Origin: Melioribacteraceae bacterium
Lineage (GTDB): Bacteria; Bacteroidota; Ignavibacteria; Ignavibacteriales; Melioribacteraceae
Assembly: GCA_023230485.1 (NCBI GenBank)
Contig: JALNXG010000007.1
Coordinates: 813 to 64,812, forward strand
DNA length: 64,000 nt
Reading direction: 5' to 3'
The position numbers were made by a program, and so were the translations under genes. The notes below the pieces were generated by a model, which did not search any database, was not told the DNA's origin, and saw only the letters and a program-made list of their open reading frames with translations. Positions 31,010 to 41,119 of this stretch are shown here, piece by piece. Numbering within the stretch: position 1 is the first letter of the stretch; each line of letters starts with the position of its first letter.

Positions 31010-31657
31010 ATGAGAACACGAATTTTACTATTGTCGATAATAATGGCGTTTTCTTTATTTGGCTGCCGAATGTGGGGTGTCAGAGGTAATGGAAATGTCA
31101 ATGAAGAAGTTAGAAATGTTTCTAATTTTAAAAAGATCTATGTCGGCGGTGCATTTTCTGTTAAAATACGAATTGCAGAAAAATACAGCTTAAAGATTTC
31201 TGCCGAAGAAAATCTTTTGGGATTAATTCGCACAAGAGTTCGCGGTGATATATTAGATATCGATACTAAAAAAACTCTTTCTCCACGTAAAGAAGTTAAT
31301 ATTTACATCACTACACCCGATTTAAATTATATCAATTGTTCAGGAGCTAACAATGTTTATGTCGAAGGAATAAATTCAGAGTATTTTGAAGTTAATCTTA
31401 GCGGTGCAGGGAATGTTGATCTTACAGGTAAAACAAAAAAGTTTAAAGCCGTTATTTCTGGTGCAGGAAGCTTAGATGCGAAACAACTAAAAGCAGAAGA
31501 AACTAGAATAAAAGTTAGTGGTGCAGCAAGTGCAGATGTCTTTGCATCCAAAAACATTGATGCAGAAGTTTCAGGTGTCGGTTCAATTGATTATTTTGGA
31601 AAACCGGAAAAGATTAGGACAAATGTTTCCGGAGTGGGTTCAATTAATCAAAAATAA
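31010..31657 (+). CDS. Lipoprotein with a DUF2807-like (GIN-domain, beta-helix repeat) fold
   Basis: 215 aa. Lipobox LFGC, followed by repeated SGAGN(V/L)D / SGAAS / SGVGSID strands. Confidence 0.6.
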   Translation: MRTRILLLSIIMAFSLFGCRMWGVRGNGNVNEEVRNVSNFKKIYVGGAFSVKIRIAEKYSLKISAEENLLGLIRTRVRGDILDIDTKKTLSPRKEVNIYITTPDLNYINCSGANNVYVEGINSEYFEVNLSGAGNVDLTGKTKKFKAVISGAGSLDAKQLKAEETRIKVSGAASADVFASKNIDAEVSGVGSIDYFGKPEKIRTNVSGVGSINQK

Positions 31658-31669
31658 TAGAATTATATT

Positions 31670-32794
31670 ATGAAAATAGGAATACTCGGAGGTGGACAGC
31701 TTGCACGTATGTCTTTAATTCCTGCTGTCCGCTTAGGATTTGATGTAGCAATTTTAGAAAAATCAGCCAATTCTCCTGCCGGTAAATTAACTAAAAACGA
31801 ATTTATCGGATGGGTTGATGATAAAATAATATTTAATAAATTTATTGATTTCTGTGATATCTTTACATTAGAAAATGAATTTATCGATTTTAAATATATT
31901 GAAGCTATTGAAAAGAGTGGGAAGAAATGCGTCCCTTCATCTAAAACAGTTTCACTAATTCAAGACAAACTAATTCAGAAAAAAGTATTCTCAGATAATA
32001 AAATTCCGTTAGCAAAATTTACCCAAATAGATACAGATTCAAATTATGAATCGATTTCACTTTTACTCGGAAAGAAATTTGTTGTGAAATCAAGAAAAAT
32101 GGGTTATGATGGTTATGGAAATGCTTTAGTAAAAAACAGAAGCGATTTTAGCAAGGCACTTATTAAATTGAAATCAAGAAATTCAGACTTATATGCTGAA
32201 TCGTTCGTCAATTTCAAAAAAGAATTAGCGACTATTATCATTAAAAGTAAGAATGAAATAAAAACCTATCCGATAGTTGAATCAATTCAAAAAAATCATA
32301 TATGTAAATTAGTGATTGCTGAAGCTGATATTCCCAATAAAATTAAAAAAGAAGTTATCCATATTGCTCATAAATGTATAGAAGCAATTGAGGGGGAAGG
32401 AATATTTGGTATCGAGTTTTTCTTAACTTCGGAAAATAAGTTACTTGTTAATGAAATAGCTCCGAGACCACATAATACAGGGCATTATACTTTAGATGCA
32501 TGCGTTACATCGCAATTTGAAAATCATATCCTCTCGGTGCTCGGATTACCTTTAGGAGAAACTTTTATGCTTCGACCTAAAGCGGTTATGATAAATATAC
32601 TTGGTAAAAATAACGGTACTTCTGTAATATCGAATTATAGTAGTATTTTAAAACAGAGTGATCTTCATCTCCATTTATATGGAAAAGATAAATCACGCAA
32701 AGGTAGAAAAATGGGGCATATCACTGCTATAGGAAATAGCGTTGATGCACTATTAATTAAAGTAAAAAAAGCTGATCGTCAAATAAAAATTTAG
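31670..32794 (+). CDS. purK: N5-carboxyaminoimidazole ribonucleotide synthase
   Basis: 374-aa ATP-grasp protein with [12 protein letters not shown]. Immediately upstream of purE. Confidence 0.9.
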   Translation: MKIGILGGGQLARMSLIPAVRLGFDVAILEKSANSPAGKLTKNEFIGWVDDKIIFNKFIDFCDIFTLENEFIDFKYIEAIEKSGKKCVPSSKTVSLIQDKLIQKKVFSDNKIPLAKFTQIDTDSNYESISLLLGKKFVVKSRKMGYDGYGNALVKNRSDFSKALIKLKSRNSDLYAESFVNFKKELATIIIKSKNEIKTYPIVESIQKNHICKLVIAEADIPNKIKKEVIHIAHKCIEAIEGEGIFGIEFFLTSENKLLVNEIAPRPHNTGHYTLDACVTSQFENHILSVLGLPLGETFMLRPKAVMINILGKNNGTSVISNYSSILKQSDLHLHLYGKDKSRKGRKMGHITAIGNSVDALLIKVKKADRQIKI

Positions 32795-32802
32795 GTGAAT
32801 AT

Positions 32803-33294
32803 ATGGCTAGTCCATTAGTTGGTATTATCATGGGAAGTGATTCTGATTTTAACGTAATGAAAAATGCCGGTGAGGTATGTAAGCAATTTGGTATCTCTTA
32901 CGAAATAAGAATTATCTCAGCTCATCGCACTCCTATTCAAGTAAAGGAATATGCTGATTCAGCTTATAAAAGAGGAATTAGAGTTATTATTGCCGGAGCC
33001 GGTGGTGCAGCTCATCTTCCCGGATTAACAGCTTCTCATACTGCTTTGCCCGTTATTGGTGTCCCTGTAAAAAGTAAATCGTTTGATGGTATGGATTCGC
33101 TTCTTTCAATTGTTCAAATGCCGTCAGGCGTTCCCGTTGCAACTGTCGCAATCGATAATGCTAAGAATGCAGGACTTCTTGCTATACAGATTCTCGCAGT
33201 TTCCGATGAAATATTATATCAAAAATTTATTGATTTTAAGAAAGAGATGGAGATAGAATCGATGGCGAAAAATGATAAATTAGGTTTAGTCTAA
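32803..33294 (+). CDS. purE: N5-CAIR mutase
   Basis: 163 aa with GSDSD and GGAAHLPG motifs. Confidence 0.95.
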   Translation: MASPLVGIIMGSDSDFNVMKNAGEVCKQFGISYEIRIISAHRTPIQVKEYADSAYKRGIRVIIAGAGGAAHLPGLTASHTALPVIGVPVKSKSFDGMDSLLSIVQMPSGVPVATVAIDNAKNAGLLAIQILAVSDEILYQKFIDFKKEMEIESMAKNDKLGLV

Positions 33295-34305
33295 AATCTT
33301 ATAAACCGGTTCTCCAATTAATTTCTTTGCATCCCATACAAAGTCGATTGATTTTTCTTCAGTTCGATAAACACAATTTTCGACATTGCAATATTTACAG
33401 ACTTCCGGTTTGCAATAATCCATATGAATCCTTACACTGAAATTAGGGAATAACTTCTTAAATTCAACTTCTATAAATTCTTCTTCCAAATGAGATTGCT
33501 TAATTGAAAAGAAGTAGGGAAGTATTAGATGAAAATCTAAAAACAAAGTATCGGCAGATTTCCAAAATCTAAGATGATGTATATCCATCCAATAATCTTT
33601 TTTGATTCGATTAAGAGTATCTAAAATGATTTTTAATGTCTCAGGATCGGTTTCATTCATTATTCCGCCAATAGATTCCCTTATTAATTTATATCCGGTA
33701 TAAAGAATATTAAGGGCTACAATAATAGCGAAAATAGGATCTATTATTTGATAACCCGTAAATAATACCACGACTAGACCAATCACAACCCCTATACTCG
33801 TAAAAGAATCAGTTAAAACATGCTTCCCATCGGCAGTAAGAATCAATGATTTAGTCTTTTTCCCTTTAGCAATTAAATAATATCCTAAGAATAGATTTAT
33901 AATACCTGCACCGGCAATTATATAAGCACCGATATCGATCTTTTCGATCTTAATGCCATTTATTAAACTTAATGTAGAAGAATAGATAATAGTTATGGCA
34001 GCGGTAAGAATTAAAAACCCTTCCACTCCGGCTGAAAGATATTCAATTTTACCATGACCATATAGATGCGATTCATCGGCAGGTTGTGCACTTAAATAAA
34101 TACTATAAAGTGCCATAGAAGTTGCTACTACATGAACAACTGATTCGGCAGCATCTGAAAATATTGCATTAGAACCAGTAATAAGATATGCTGTCATTTT
34201 AAAGACAAACATTCCAATACCTACAAATAGGGATATATAGGCAGCTTTTTTCTTTTCCGGTAAATTTTCTTGTACGAGTTTCATTTTTCTAAATCCTTCA
34301 TTCAA
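33286..34305 (-). CDS. Cation diffusion facilitator (CDF) family metal efflux transporter
   Basis: 339 aa with six TM segments. Contains DAAESVVHV and HVLTDSFTS metal-site contexts and a Cys-rich tail ([14 protein letters not shown]). The 3' end overlaps purE by 9 nt (convergent). Confidence 0.85.
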   Translation of the reverse strand: MNEGFRKMKLVQENLPEKKKAAYISLFVGIGMFVFKMTAYLITGSNAIFSDAAESVVHVVATSMALYSIYLSAQPADESHLYGHGKIEYLSAGVEGFLILTAAITIIYSSTLSLINGIKIEKIDIGAYIIAGAGIINLFLGYYLIAKGKKTKSLILTADGKHVLTDSFTSIGVVIGLVVVLFTGYQIIDPIFAIIVALNILYTGYKLIRESIGGIMNETDPETLKIILDTLNRIKKDYWMDIHHLRFWKSADTLFLDFHLILPYFFSIKQSHLEEEFIEVEFKKLFPNFSVRIHMDYCKPEVCKYCNVENCVYRTEEKSIDFVWDAKKLIGEPVYKILD

Positions 34306-34432
34306 ACATAAGGAAAGATTAGCAAATAGTATAATCGTTTCTCACTATTAGGAATATTTAGTATTAAATAACAAAAAAGGACAAAGAAGTTGCAAAAAGC
34401 TTTAAAAACAGAGCAAAAACAAATTAAGACAT

Positions 34433-34448
34433 TGGCATACAATATGAT
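34433..34448 (+). promoter_or_regulatory. Weak sigma-54-like -24/-12 candidate upstream of the hydrogenase unit
   Basis: TGGCAT-ACAAT-ATGA against consensus TGGCAC-N5-TTGC. The -24 GG is intact and the -12 element is poor. It lies about 40 nt upstream of the hydC1 ATG. A similar TTGGCATA box lies upstream of kdp. Confidence 0.2.
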
Positions 34449-34486
34449 TATATATGACAGGAAATCAAATTAAATGAGAGAAAAAG

Positions 34487-34978
34487 ATGCACAATCATAT
34501 TTTTGAAAATTACGCTCCCGGAGAGAGAAGCAGTTTAATCGCTCTTTTGCAGGACGTCCAAGAAATTTATGGCTATTTACCTGAAGAAGCATTAAGAGAC
34601 ATTTCAGATTTTATAAAAGTACCTTTAAGCGGTATTTACGGAGTAGCAACTTTCTATAATCAATTCCGCTTGAAACCTTTAGGAAAAAATGTTATTAGAG
34701 TTTGCAGAGGAACTGCATGCCATGTAAAAAATTCTGCGAATATTCTTATGGCTTTAGAGTTGGAATTAGGTGTTAAAGCCGGAGATACTACCAGAGATAA
34801 ACTTTTTACTTTAGAAACAGTGGCATGTATCGGAGCTTGTAGTATTGCACCCGTAGTTAATATCAATCAAGAATATTTCGGAAGAGTTACGGTTAAAGAA
34901 ATTCCTAAAATTCTTAAAAAATATCGTCAAGAAGAAGCATTGAAATCGAAGTCAGAACAATCCGTGAGTGTAGAATGA
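34487..34978 (+). CDS. hydC: NuoE-like [2Fe-2S] subunit of HydABC-type hydrogenase (set 1)
   Basis: 163 aa with the thioredoxin-like [2Fe-2S] motifs CRGTACH and CIGACSIAP. Confidence 0.88.
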   Translation: MHNHIFENYAPGERSSLIALLQDVQEIYGYLPEEALRDISDFIKVPLSGIYGVATFYNQFRLKPLGKNVIRVCRGTACHVKNSANILMALELELGVKAGDTTRDKLFTLETVACIGACSIAPVVNINQEYFGRVTVKEIPKILKKYRQEEALKSKSEQSVSVE

Positions 34979-36960
34979 AAAATTTTATAGAAACCTGCTG
35001 TAATGAATGTTGGCATTCTAATGAAAATCCATGCGAACAGTTTGTGCTTTGCTGCACAGAGGGTCCACTTTGTCATCAGAATCCTGAATGTAAAGAGAAA
35101 TTTCAAAATCTAAATAAAGAACTACTTTATCAAAAACATGATATCCCTGTTATTTTTATCGGCATGGGAACTTGCGGACTTGCATCTGGTGCAGAAAAAG
35201 TTAAAGAAGCAATCGAAGCTGAACTTACAAAATTAAATATAGAAGCTCGAATAGTCCCAACCGGTTGTATCGGTTTTTGTGCTAGAGAAGTGATTGTTGA
35301 TATAAAAATTCCAAATGAAAAAAGAATTGCTTATTGTGAAGTTACACCAAAAGATGTTCCTGAGCTTATCAAAACAGCTATACTTGAAAAGAAAATTCTT
35401 GATAGAAAATTCCTTGGTATTCATGGAGAAGGAGATGTAGGTCATATTTGTATTGATCAAGTCCCGTTTTTCAAACGTCAGCATAAAATTGTTTTAGAAA
35501 AATGCGGTATTATTAATCCTGATTCTATTGATGAATATATTGCAAATGGCGGATTCAAAGCATTAGATAAAGCACTCAGAATAATGACGCCCGAAACTGT
35601 TGTAAAAGAAGTAAAAGATAGTGGACTTAGAGGTAGAGGGGGTGGAGGTTTCCCTACCGGTATGAAATGGGAAATTGCTCTTAAACAAAAAAATAATAAA
35701 AAATATATTATATGTAATGCAGATGAAGGTGATCCCGGTGCATTTATGGATCGTTCAGTTTTAGAGAGCGACCCTTATAAAATGGTCGAAGGTATTATGA
35801 TTGCCGCTTATGCAATTGGTGCTTCTTCGGGTTATGTTTACTGCCGTGCTGAATATCCGTTAGCCATCAAAAGAATATTGAATGCAATAGCTAAATGTAA
35901 AGAATATGGTCTTCTTGGTAATAATATTCTTGGAACAGATTTTTCATTCGAGCTAAAGATAAAAAAAGGTGCTGGTGCATTTGTATGCGGTGAAGAAACT
36001 GCATTAATTGCATCAATCGAAGGCAAGAGAGGAATGCCTAAACCACGTCCTCCTTACCCATCAATTTCAGGTTTATTTAATAAACCAACTGTTATCAATA
36101 ATGTTGAAACATTTGCAAATGTTACATCGATTATTAATAGGGGTGCCGGTTGGTTAAATTCAATCGGTACTAAAGCTAGCAAGGGCACTAAAGTATTCGC
36201 ACTTAGCGGTAACGTTAAATATAGCGGCTTAGTTGAAGTGCCAATGGGCGTTACCTTGCGGGAGGTAGTATTCGATATCGCCGGTGGAATTCCTGATGGA
36301 AAGAATTTCAAGGCAGTTCAAATTGGCGGTCCTTCGGGTGGATGTTTACCTGAATCTGTTATGGACACTGAAATTGATTATGAATCTTTGAAAAGCGTTG
36401 GTGCTATGATGGGGTCTGGCGGATTCGTAATCATGGATGAAGATACTTGTATGGTTGATGTAGCTAAATATTTCTTGAATTTTATTAAAGATGAATCATG
36501 CGGTAAATGCGTCCCATGTAGAGAAGGAACTAAACGTTTATTAGAAATTATTGAAAGAATCCCTACTGCATATTCTGAAAAAACTAATAAACTTGAACAG
36601 CTTCAAAGATTCAAAGGCATTATGCACATGCAAAGATTGGCTGATGTAATTAAAGACACTTCTCTTTGTGGTCTAGGACAGACTGCCCCGAATCCAATTC
36701 TCTCCGGTCTAAGATATTTCAGAGATGAATATGAAGAACATTTATATGAAAGACATTGTAAAGCCGGCGTTTGTAAAGAACTTTTAACCTATACAATTGA
36801 TAATGATATCTGTTCCGGATGTGGACTTTGCGCTAAGAAATGTTCTGTCGAAGCAATTGTAGGCGATAAAAAGATGCCTCATTATATTGTTCAAGAAAAA
36901 TGTATCAAATGCGGAATGTGTGTAGAAACTTGCCGATTTGAAGCTATTACAGTTAATTAA
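34975..36960 (+). CDS. hydB: NuoF-like FMN/NAD(P)H-binding Fe-S subunit (set 1, long form)
   Basis: 661 aa. In order: a Cys-rich leader, a [2Fe-2S] thioredoxin-like domain (GTCGLASG...GCIGFC), GRGGGGFPTGMKW, CNADEGDPGAF, ESCGKCVPCR, and two C-terminal CxxCxxCxxxC motifs. Confidence 0.9.
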   Translation: MKNFIETCCNECWHSNENPCEQFVLCCTEGPLCHQNPECKEKFQNLNKELLYQKHDIPVIFIGMGTCGLASGAEKVKEAIEAELTKLNIEARIVPTGCIGFCAREVIVDIKIPNEKRIAYCEVTPKDVPELIKTAILEKKILDRKFLGIHGEGDVGHICIDQVPFFKRQHKIVLEKCGIINPDSIDEYIANGGFKALDKALRIMTPETVVKEVKDSGLRGRGGGGFPTGMKWEIALKQKNNKKYIICNADEGDPGAFMDRSVLESDPYKMVEGIMIAAYAIGASSGYVYCRAEYPLAIKRILNAIAKCKEYGLLGNNILGTDFSFELKIKKGAGAFVCGEETALIASIEGKRGMPKPRPPYPSISGLFNKPTVINNVETFANVTSIINRGAGWLNSIGTKASKGTKVFALSGNVKYSGLVEVPMGVTLREVVFDIAGGIPDGKNFKAVQIGGPSGGCLPESVMDTEIDYESLKSVGAMMGSGGFVIMDEDTCMVDVAKYFLNFIKDESCGKCVPCREGTKRLLEIIERIPTAYSEKTNKLEQLQRFKGIMHMQRLADVIKDTSLCGLGQTAPNPILSGLRYFRDEYEEHLYERHCKAGVCKELLTYTIDNDICSGCGLCAKKCSVEAIVGDKKMPHYIVQEKCIKCGMCVETCRFEAITVN

Positions 36961-36982
36961 TTTGAAACCGGAGATAGAAAAA

Positions 36983-38713
36983 ATGTTAGAATTAACGATA
37001 AATAATATAAAAGTAAAAGCTGAAGAGGGGATGACGATTTTAGATGCAGCAAAATCAGTCGGTATTAATATTCCCACTTTATGCCATATGAAAGATTTGT
37101 TCCCAACCGGTGCATGTAGAATTTGCGTTGTAGAAGTCGATGGAATGCGCGGTTTAACTCCATCTTGTGCTTATCCGGTTATGGAAGGTATGAAAGTTCA
37201 AACAAATACTCCAAGAGTTAGAATTGCAAGAAAAACTATTGTAGAATTATTAATTGAAAACCATCCACAGGATTGTTTGGTTTGTGTCAGAAATAAAAAT
37301 TGCGAATTACAAGATTTGTCTGAGACCTATAACGTAAGAGAACATAGATACTGCGGCGAGAAAAAAGAACACGCAATTGATATTTCAAGTGCTTCTATGG
37401 AAAGAGATCCTGCTAAATGTATCCTTTGTGGTAGATGTGTTAGAATGTGCGGAGAAATTCAGAAAATCGGTGCTATTGATTTTACAAATAGAGGTTTTTA
37501 TAGCACCGTTACTACTCCATACAATATCGGATTAAACGTAAGTGATTGTATTCTTTGCGGTCAATGCATCCTTGTATGCCCTACTGCTGCTCTTAGAGAG
37601 AAAAGTAGTTCAAAAGAAGTAATGAATGCAATAACGGATAAAAAGAAATTTACCGTTGTTCAAGTAGCTCCTGCTGTTAGAGCATCTATCGGTGAAGAAT
37701 ATAATTTACCTCTTGGAACAAATGCAACCGGACAATTAGTAACAGGATTGAAACGACTTGGATTTGATAAAGTATTCGATACTAACTTTGCAGCCGATCT
37801 TACGATTATGGAAGAAGCATCCGAATTAATTAATAGAGTGAGCAATGGCGGAACATTACCAATGTTTACAAGTTGCTGCCCGGGCTGGGTTAAATATATC
37901 GAACAAAACAGTCCTGAATTACTCCCTCACGTTTCTACGTGTAAATCTCCTCATGAAATGGAAGGCGCAGTTCTAAAAACATACTATGCAAAAAAAATGG
38001 GATTGAAACCGGAAGAAATTTATGTAGTTTCTATAATGCCATGTACAGTTAAGAAATTCGAATCGGGGAGAGCAGAACTTTCTGAAGATAAATTACAGGA
38101 TGTAGATGCAGTTCTTACAACAAGAGAATTAGTACGATTATTCAAAGCTGCTGGAATTGATTTTAATGATCTACCGGAAGATAAATTTGATAATCCGCTT
38201 GGTGATTCTACAGGTGCTGCTGCAATATTCGGTACTTCAGGCGGTGTAATGGAAGCAGCTCTTAGAACTGCTTATTTCAAACTTACAGGAACCGAATTAG
38301 ATAATTTAGCTCTAGAAGATATGCGAGGCAATGATGGATTAAAAGCATCTACTATCGATATAAATGGTCTAGAAGTTAGAGTAGCTGTTGTTAATGGTAT
38401 TGGAAATGTCGGACCGGTTTTAGAAGAGATAAAGAATGGTACTTCTAGATATCATTTTGTAGAAGTTATGGCATGCCCCGGCGGTTGTATTAATGGCGGC
38501 GGGCAACCAATTCATCAAAAACCGGAAAAAGTGAAAAAACGTATTCAAGCTCTATATGAGATTGATTCGAAAATGAAAAATAGACGTTCGCATGAAAATG
38601 AGTCAGTTCAAAAACTATATAAAGAATTTTTAATAGAACCAAATAGTCATGTAGCTCATGAAGTACTACATACTACTTATGTAGATAGAAAAAAGATTCT
38701 AAGTAAAAAATGA
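36983..38713 (+). CDS. hydA: [FeFe]-hydrogenase catalytic subunit (M3-type, set 1)
   Basis: Canonical H-cluster motifs FTSCCPGW, MPCTVKKFE and EVMACPGGCINGGGQP. N-terminal [2Fe-2S], HPQDCLVC and 2x[4Fe-4S] domains. I chose the start at 36983 (GGAGA RBS); the ORF track starts at 36938. Confidence 0.93.
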   Translation: MLELTINNIKVKAEEGMTILDAAKSVGINIPTLCHMKDLFPTGACRICVVEVDGMRGLTPSCAYPVMEGMKVQTNTPRVRIARKTIVELLIENHPQDCLVCVRNKNCELQDLSETYNVREHRYCGEKKEHAIDISSASMERDPAKCILCGRCVRMCGEIQKIGAIDFTNRGFYSTVTTPYNIGLNVSDCILCGQCILVCPTAALREKSSSKEVMNAITDKKKFTVVQVAPAVRASIGEEYNLPLGTNATGQLVTGLKRLGFDKVFDTNFAADLTIMEEASELINRVSNGGTLPMFTSCCPGWVKYIEQNSPELLPHVSTCKSPHEMEGAVLKTYYAKKMGLKPEEIYVVSIMPCTVKKFESGRAELSEDKLQDVDAVLTTRELVRLFKAAGIDFNDLPEDKFDNPLGDSTGAAAIFGTSGGVMEAALRTAYFKLTGTELDNLALEDMRGNDGLKASTIDINGLEVRVAVVNGIGNVGPVLEEIKNGTSRYHFVEVMACPGGCINGGGQPIHQKPEKVKKRIQALYEIDSKMKNRRSHENESVQKLYKEFLIEPNSHVAHEVLHTTYVDRKKILSKK

Positions 38714-40686
38714 CAGGTATTGTAACCACGATACGACAACGATGCAGAAGATGTTATTCCTGCGTCAGAGAATGTCCTGCACAAGCCATTAAGGTAATTA
38801 ATGGTCAAGCAGTGGTAATCGAAGAACGCTGTATCGTGTGTGGGCATTGTGTTACTGTATGTTCACAAAATGCTAAACAAGTAGTAAATGATAAAGAATT
38901 AGTATTGAAACAGATATTGTCAAGCGGAAAGGCAGTAGCTATAATCGCTCCTTCCTTTCCTGTTTCTTTCCCTGATCACCACGAAAAGTTGGTTGGTGGA
39001 TTAAAAGAAATTGGATTTTCTCATGTTTGTGAAACTTCCTTTGGCGCGGATTTAGTTAGTCAGCTTTATCCAAAGTTTATTGAAGCAAACAAAGATAAAA
39101 CAATTATTAGTTCGCCTTGTCCGGCAGTTACAAATTGGATTGAGAAATATTATGTAGATCTCATACCTAATATAGCGACAATTGTATCTCCTATGATTGC
39201 AATGGGGAGATACTTAAAACAAAAATTAGGTGAAAATTATAGTGTTGTCTTTATTGGACCCTGTATTGCTAAGAAGAGTGAATATAAAGATGAAGAAGTG
39301 GCAGGTGATATTGATGCAGTACTGACGTTTGTAGAATTGCATGAGATATTCGAAGAATTAAGAATCGACTTAAATAAGTGTGATGAGATACCATTTGATC
39401 CTCCTTTTGCCAATATGGGTAAAACATATCCATTAACAGGCGGTTTACTTAAATCTTCTGAACTTTCAAATGATATCCTTCAGAATGATATTCTAGTAGT
39501 TGAAGGAAAAAAGAATGTAAAAAAAGTTATTCAGGAAATTAGCAACCAAAAAGTAAAAGCAAAATTTGTCGATATATTGTTTTGTGAAGGTTGCATAAAT
39601 GGACCTGCGGCAGGAAGTGATCTAGATAACTATTCACGCAAAATTAAAGTTGTTGATTACATAAACGAACACATTAATAATGTTGATAAAGCGGTTTGGA
39701 AAAGTGAGATATATAATAGCAGAGATTTGGATCTAACTAGAAGCTTTGATAATAAAAATCAAAGAAGACCTATGCCTTCCGAAGAAGAGATTAAAAAAAT
39801 TCTTGCTCAAACTGAAAAATATTTAGTTACAGATGAACTTAATTGTGGTTCTTGCGGATATCCCACTTGCAGAGAATATGCTATTGCAATTGCTAAAGGA
39901 TTAGCCGAAGAAGATATGTGTCTTCCTTATTTAATTGAAAAACTGGAAGACGCTAATAGAGAATTAAAAGAAACACAAGCACAATTACATAGTGCTGAAA
40001 AGTTAGCTTCTATTGGTCAGCTCGCAGCAGGTGTTGCTCATGAAATAAATAATCCGCTCGGTACAATTATGCTTTATGCTTCTATGATGAAACGTAAAAT
40101 GGAAAAAACTAATTGTTCTGAACAAAATAGCGAAGACCTTCAGTTAATAGTTGAAGAAGCAACTCGTTGTAAGAATATTGTAGCTAATTTATTGAACTTC
40201 GCTCGTCAAGGTAAAATAAAATTATCTACAATTAAATTAAATGATTTGATAACTAATATCGTCTCTGCTATTAAGATTAATCCAGAAAATTCTGATATAA
40301 TTATTAATCTTCACGATAATACAGAAGGTGCTATTATCGAAGGGGATTCAGATCAACTTAAACAAGTATTTCTTAATGTGCTTAATAATTCAGTTGAAGC
40401 TTTAGACGCAAGCTCAATAAAAAATATCACAATAAATATCGATCAAAATGAAGAAAGTATTATAACAAATATTATTGATACAGGTGTAGGTATTCCAGAA
40501 GAGAATATAAATAAACTTTTTACACCCTTCTTCACTACTAAAAAAATGGGTAAAGGTACTGGTTTAGGCTTAGCAATTACTTATGGAATTGTTAAAATGC
40601 ATAAGGGTGATATAACTGTAAAAACGATTTTAGGTAAAGGAAGTGATTTTAAAATCAAATTGCCAAAAATATTAATTAAAAAATAA
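38710..40686 (+). CDS. HydS-like putative sensory [FeFe]-hydrogenase domain fused to a histidine kinase
   Basis: 658 aa. The ATG overlaps the hydA1 stop (ATGA). Two CxxCxxCxxxC motifs sit at the N-terminus. The H-domain is degenerate but Cys-complete (SSPCPAV C137, GPCIAKKSE C185, FCEGC C292/C295). An extra motif C379-x2-C382-x4-C387-x16-C404 follows. The kinase part has the HisKA H-box AHEINNPL (His444) and HATPase_c boxes (DTGVGIP, GTGLGLAI). Confidence 0.85.
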   Translation: MTGIVTTIRQRCRRCYSCVRECPAQAIKVINGQAVVIEERCIVCGHCVTVCSQNAKQVVNDKELVLKQILSSGKAVAIIAPSFPVSFPDHHEKLVGGLKEIGFSHVCETSFGADLVSQLYPKFIEANKDKTIISSPCPAVTNWIEKYYVDLIPNIATIVSPMIAMGRYLKQKLGENYSVVFIGPCIAKKSEYKDEEVAGDIDAVLTFVELHEIFEELRIDLNKCDEIPFDPPFANMGKTYPLTGGLLKSSELSNDILQNDILVVEGKKNVKKVIQEISNQKVKAKFVDILFCEGCINGPAAGSDLDNYSRKIKVVDYINEHINNVDKAVWKSEIYNSRDLDLTRSFDNKNQRRPMPSEEEIKKILAQTEKYLVTDELNCGSCGYPTCREYAIAIAKGLAEEDMCLPYLIEKLEDANRELKETQAQLHSAEKLASIGQLAAGVAHEINNPLGTIMLYASMMKRKMEKTNCSEQNSEDLQLIVEEATRCKNIVANLLNFARQGKIKLSTIKLNDLITNIVSAIKINPENSDIIINLHDNTEGAIIEGDSDQLKQVFLNVLNNSVEALDASSIKNITINIDQNEESIITNIIDTGVGIPEENINKLFTPFFTTKKMGKGTGLGLAITYGIVKMHKGDITVKTILGKGSDFKIKLPKILIKK

Positions 40687-40707
40687 ATTGAATTTGGAGA
40701 AAAAATA

Positions 40708-41115
40708 ATGGATTTATTGGTAAAAAAAATATTACTTGTGGATGATGATATCGATTTATTAGAACAAAATAAGTTAATCCTTGAGAATAAAGGATTTCAG
40801 GTAGTTACTGGTGAATCTGGGTCTGAAGGATGGAGTTTATTTCAGAAAGAAAAACCTGATGCCTGTATTGTCGATTTAATTATGGAGCAGATGGATTCAG
40901 GCTTTGTATTAACTCACCGAATTAAGAAAACTGAACATGGGAAAAATATTCCTGTTTTTATTCTTACTTCTGCCACATACGAAACAGGATTTAAATTCAG
41001 TGCTTCTACAAGCGAAGAAAGAGAATGGATTAAATGTGATGGTATTCTTCATAAACCTGTCGTAGTTGAAGAATTGATCACTAAATTGGAAAATTTTAAC
41101 CCAAAGACGAATTAA
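40708..41115 (+). CDS. Single-domain response regulator (receiver only)
   Basis: 135 aa. Acidic pocket DDD, phospho-acceptor context IVDLIM, then LTS and HKP. No output domain. Confidence 0.85.
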   Translation: MDLLVKKILLVDDDIDLLEQNKLILENKGFQVVTGESGSEGWSLFQKEKPDACIVDLIMEQMDSGFVLTHRIKKTEHGKNIPVFILTSATYETGFKFSASTSEEREWIKCDGILHKPVVVEELITKLENFNPKTN

Positions 41116-41119
41116 TAAA

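Noticed and set aside
36938-36982. Upstream starts on the ORF track for hydA1 (36938) and hydA2 (44635)
   Set aside because: Both would overlap the preceding NuoF-like genes by more than 20 nt. The internal ATGs at 36983 and 44665 are preceded by GGAGA and GGAGGA at proper spacing. The protein homology (2Fe-2S domain) begins after them.
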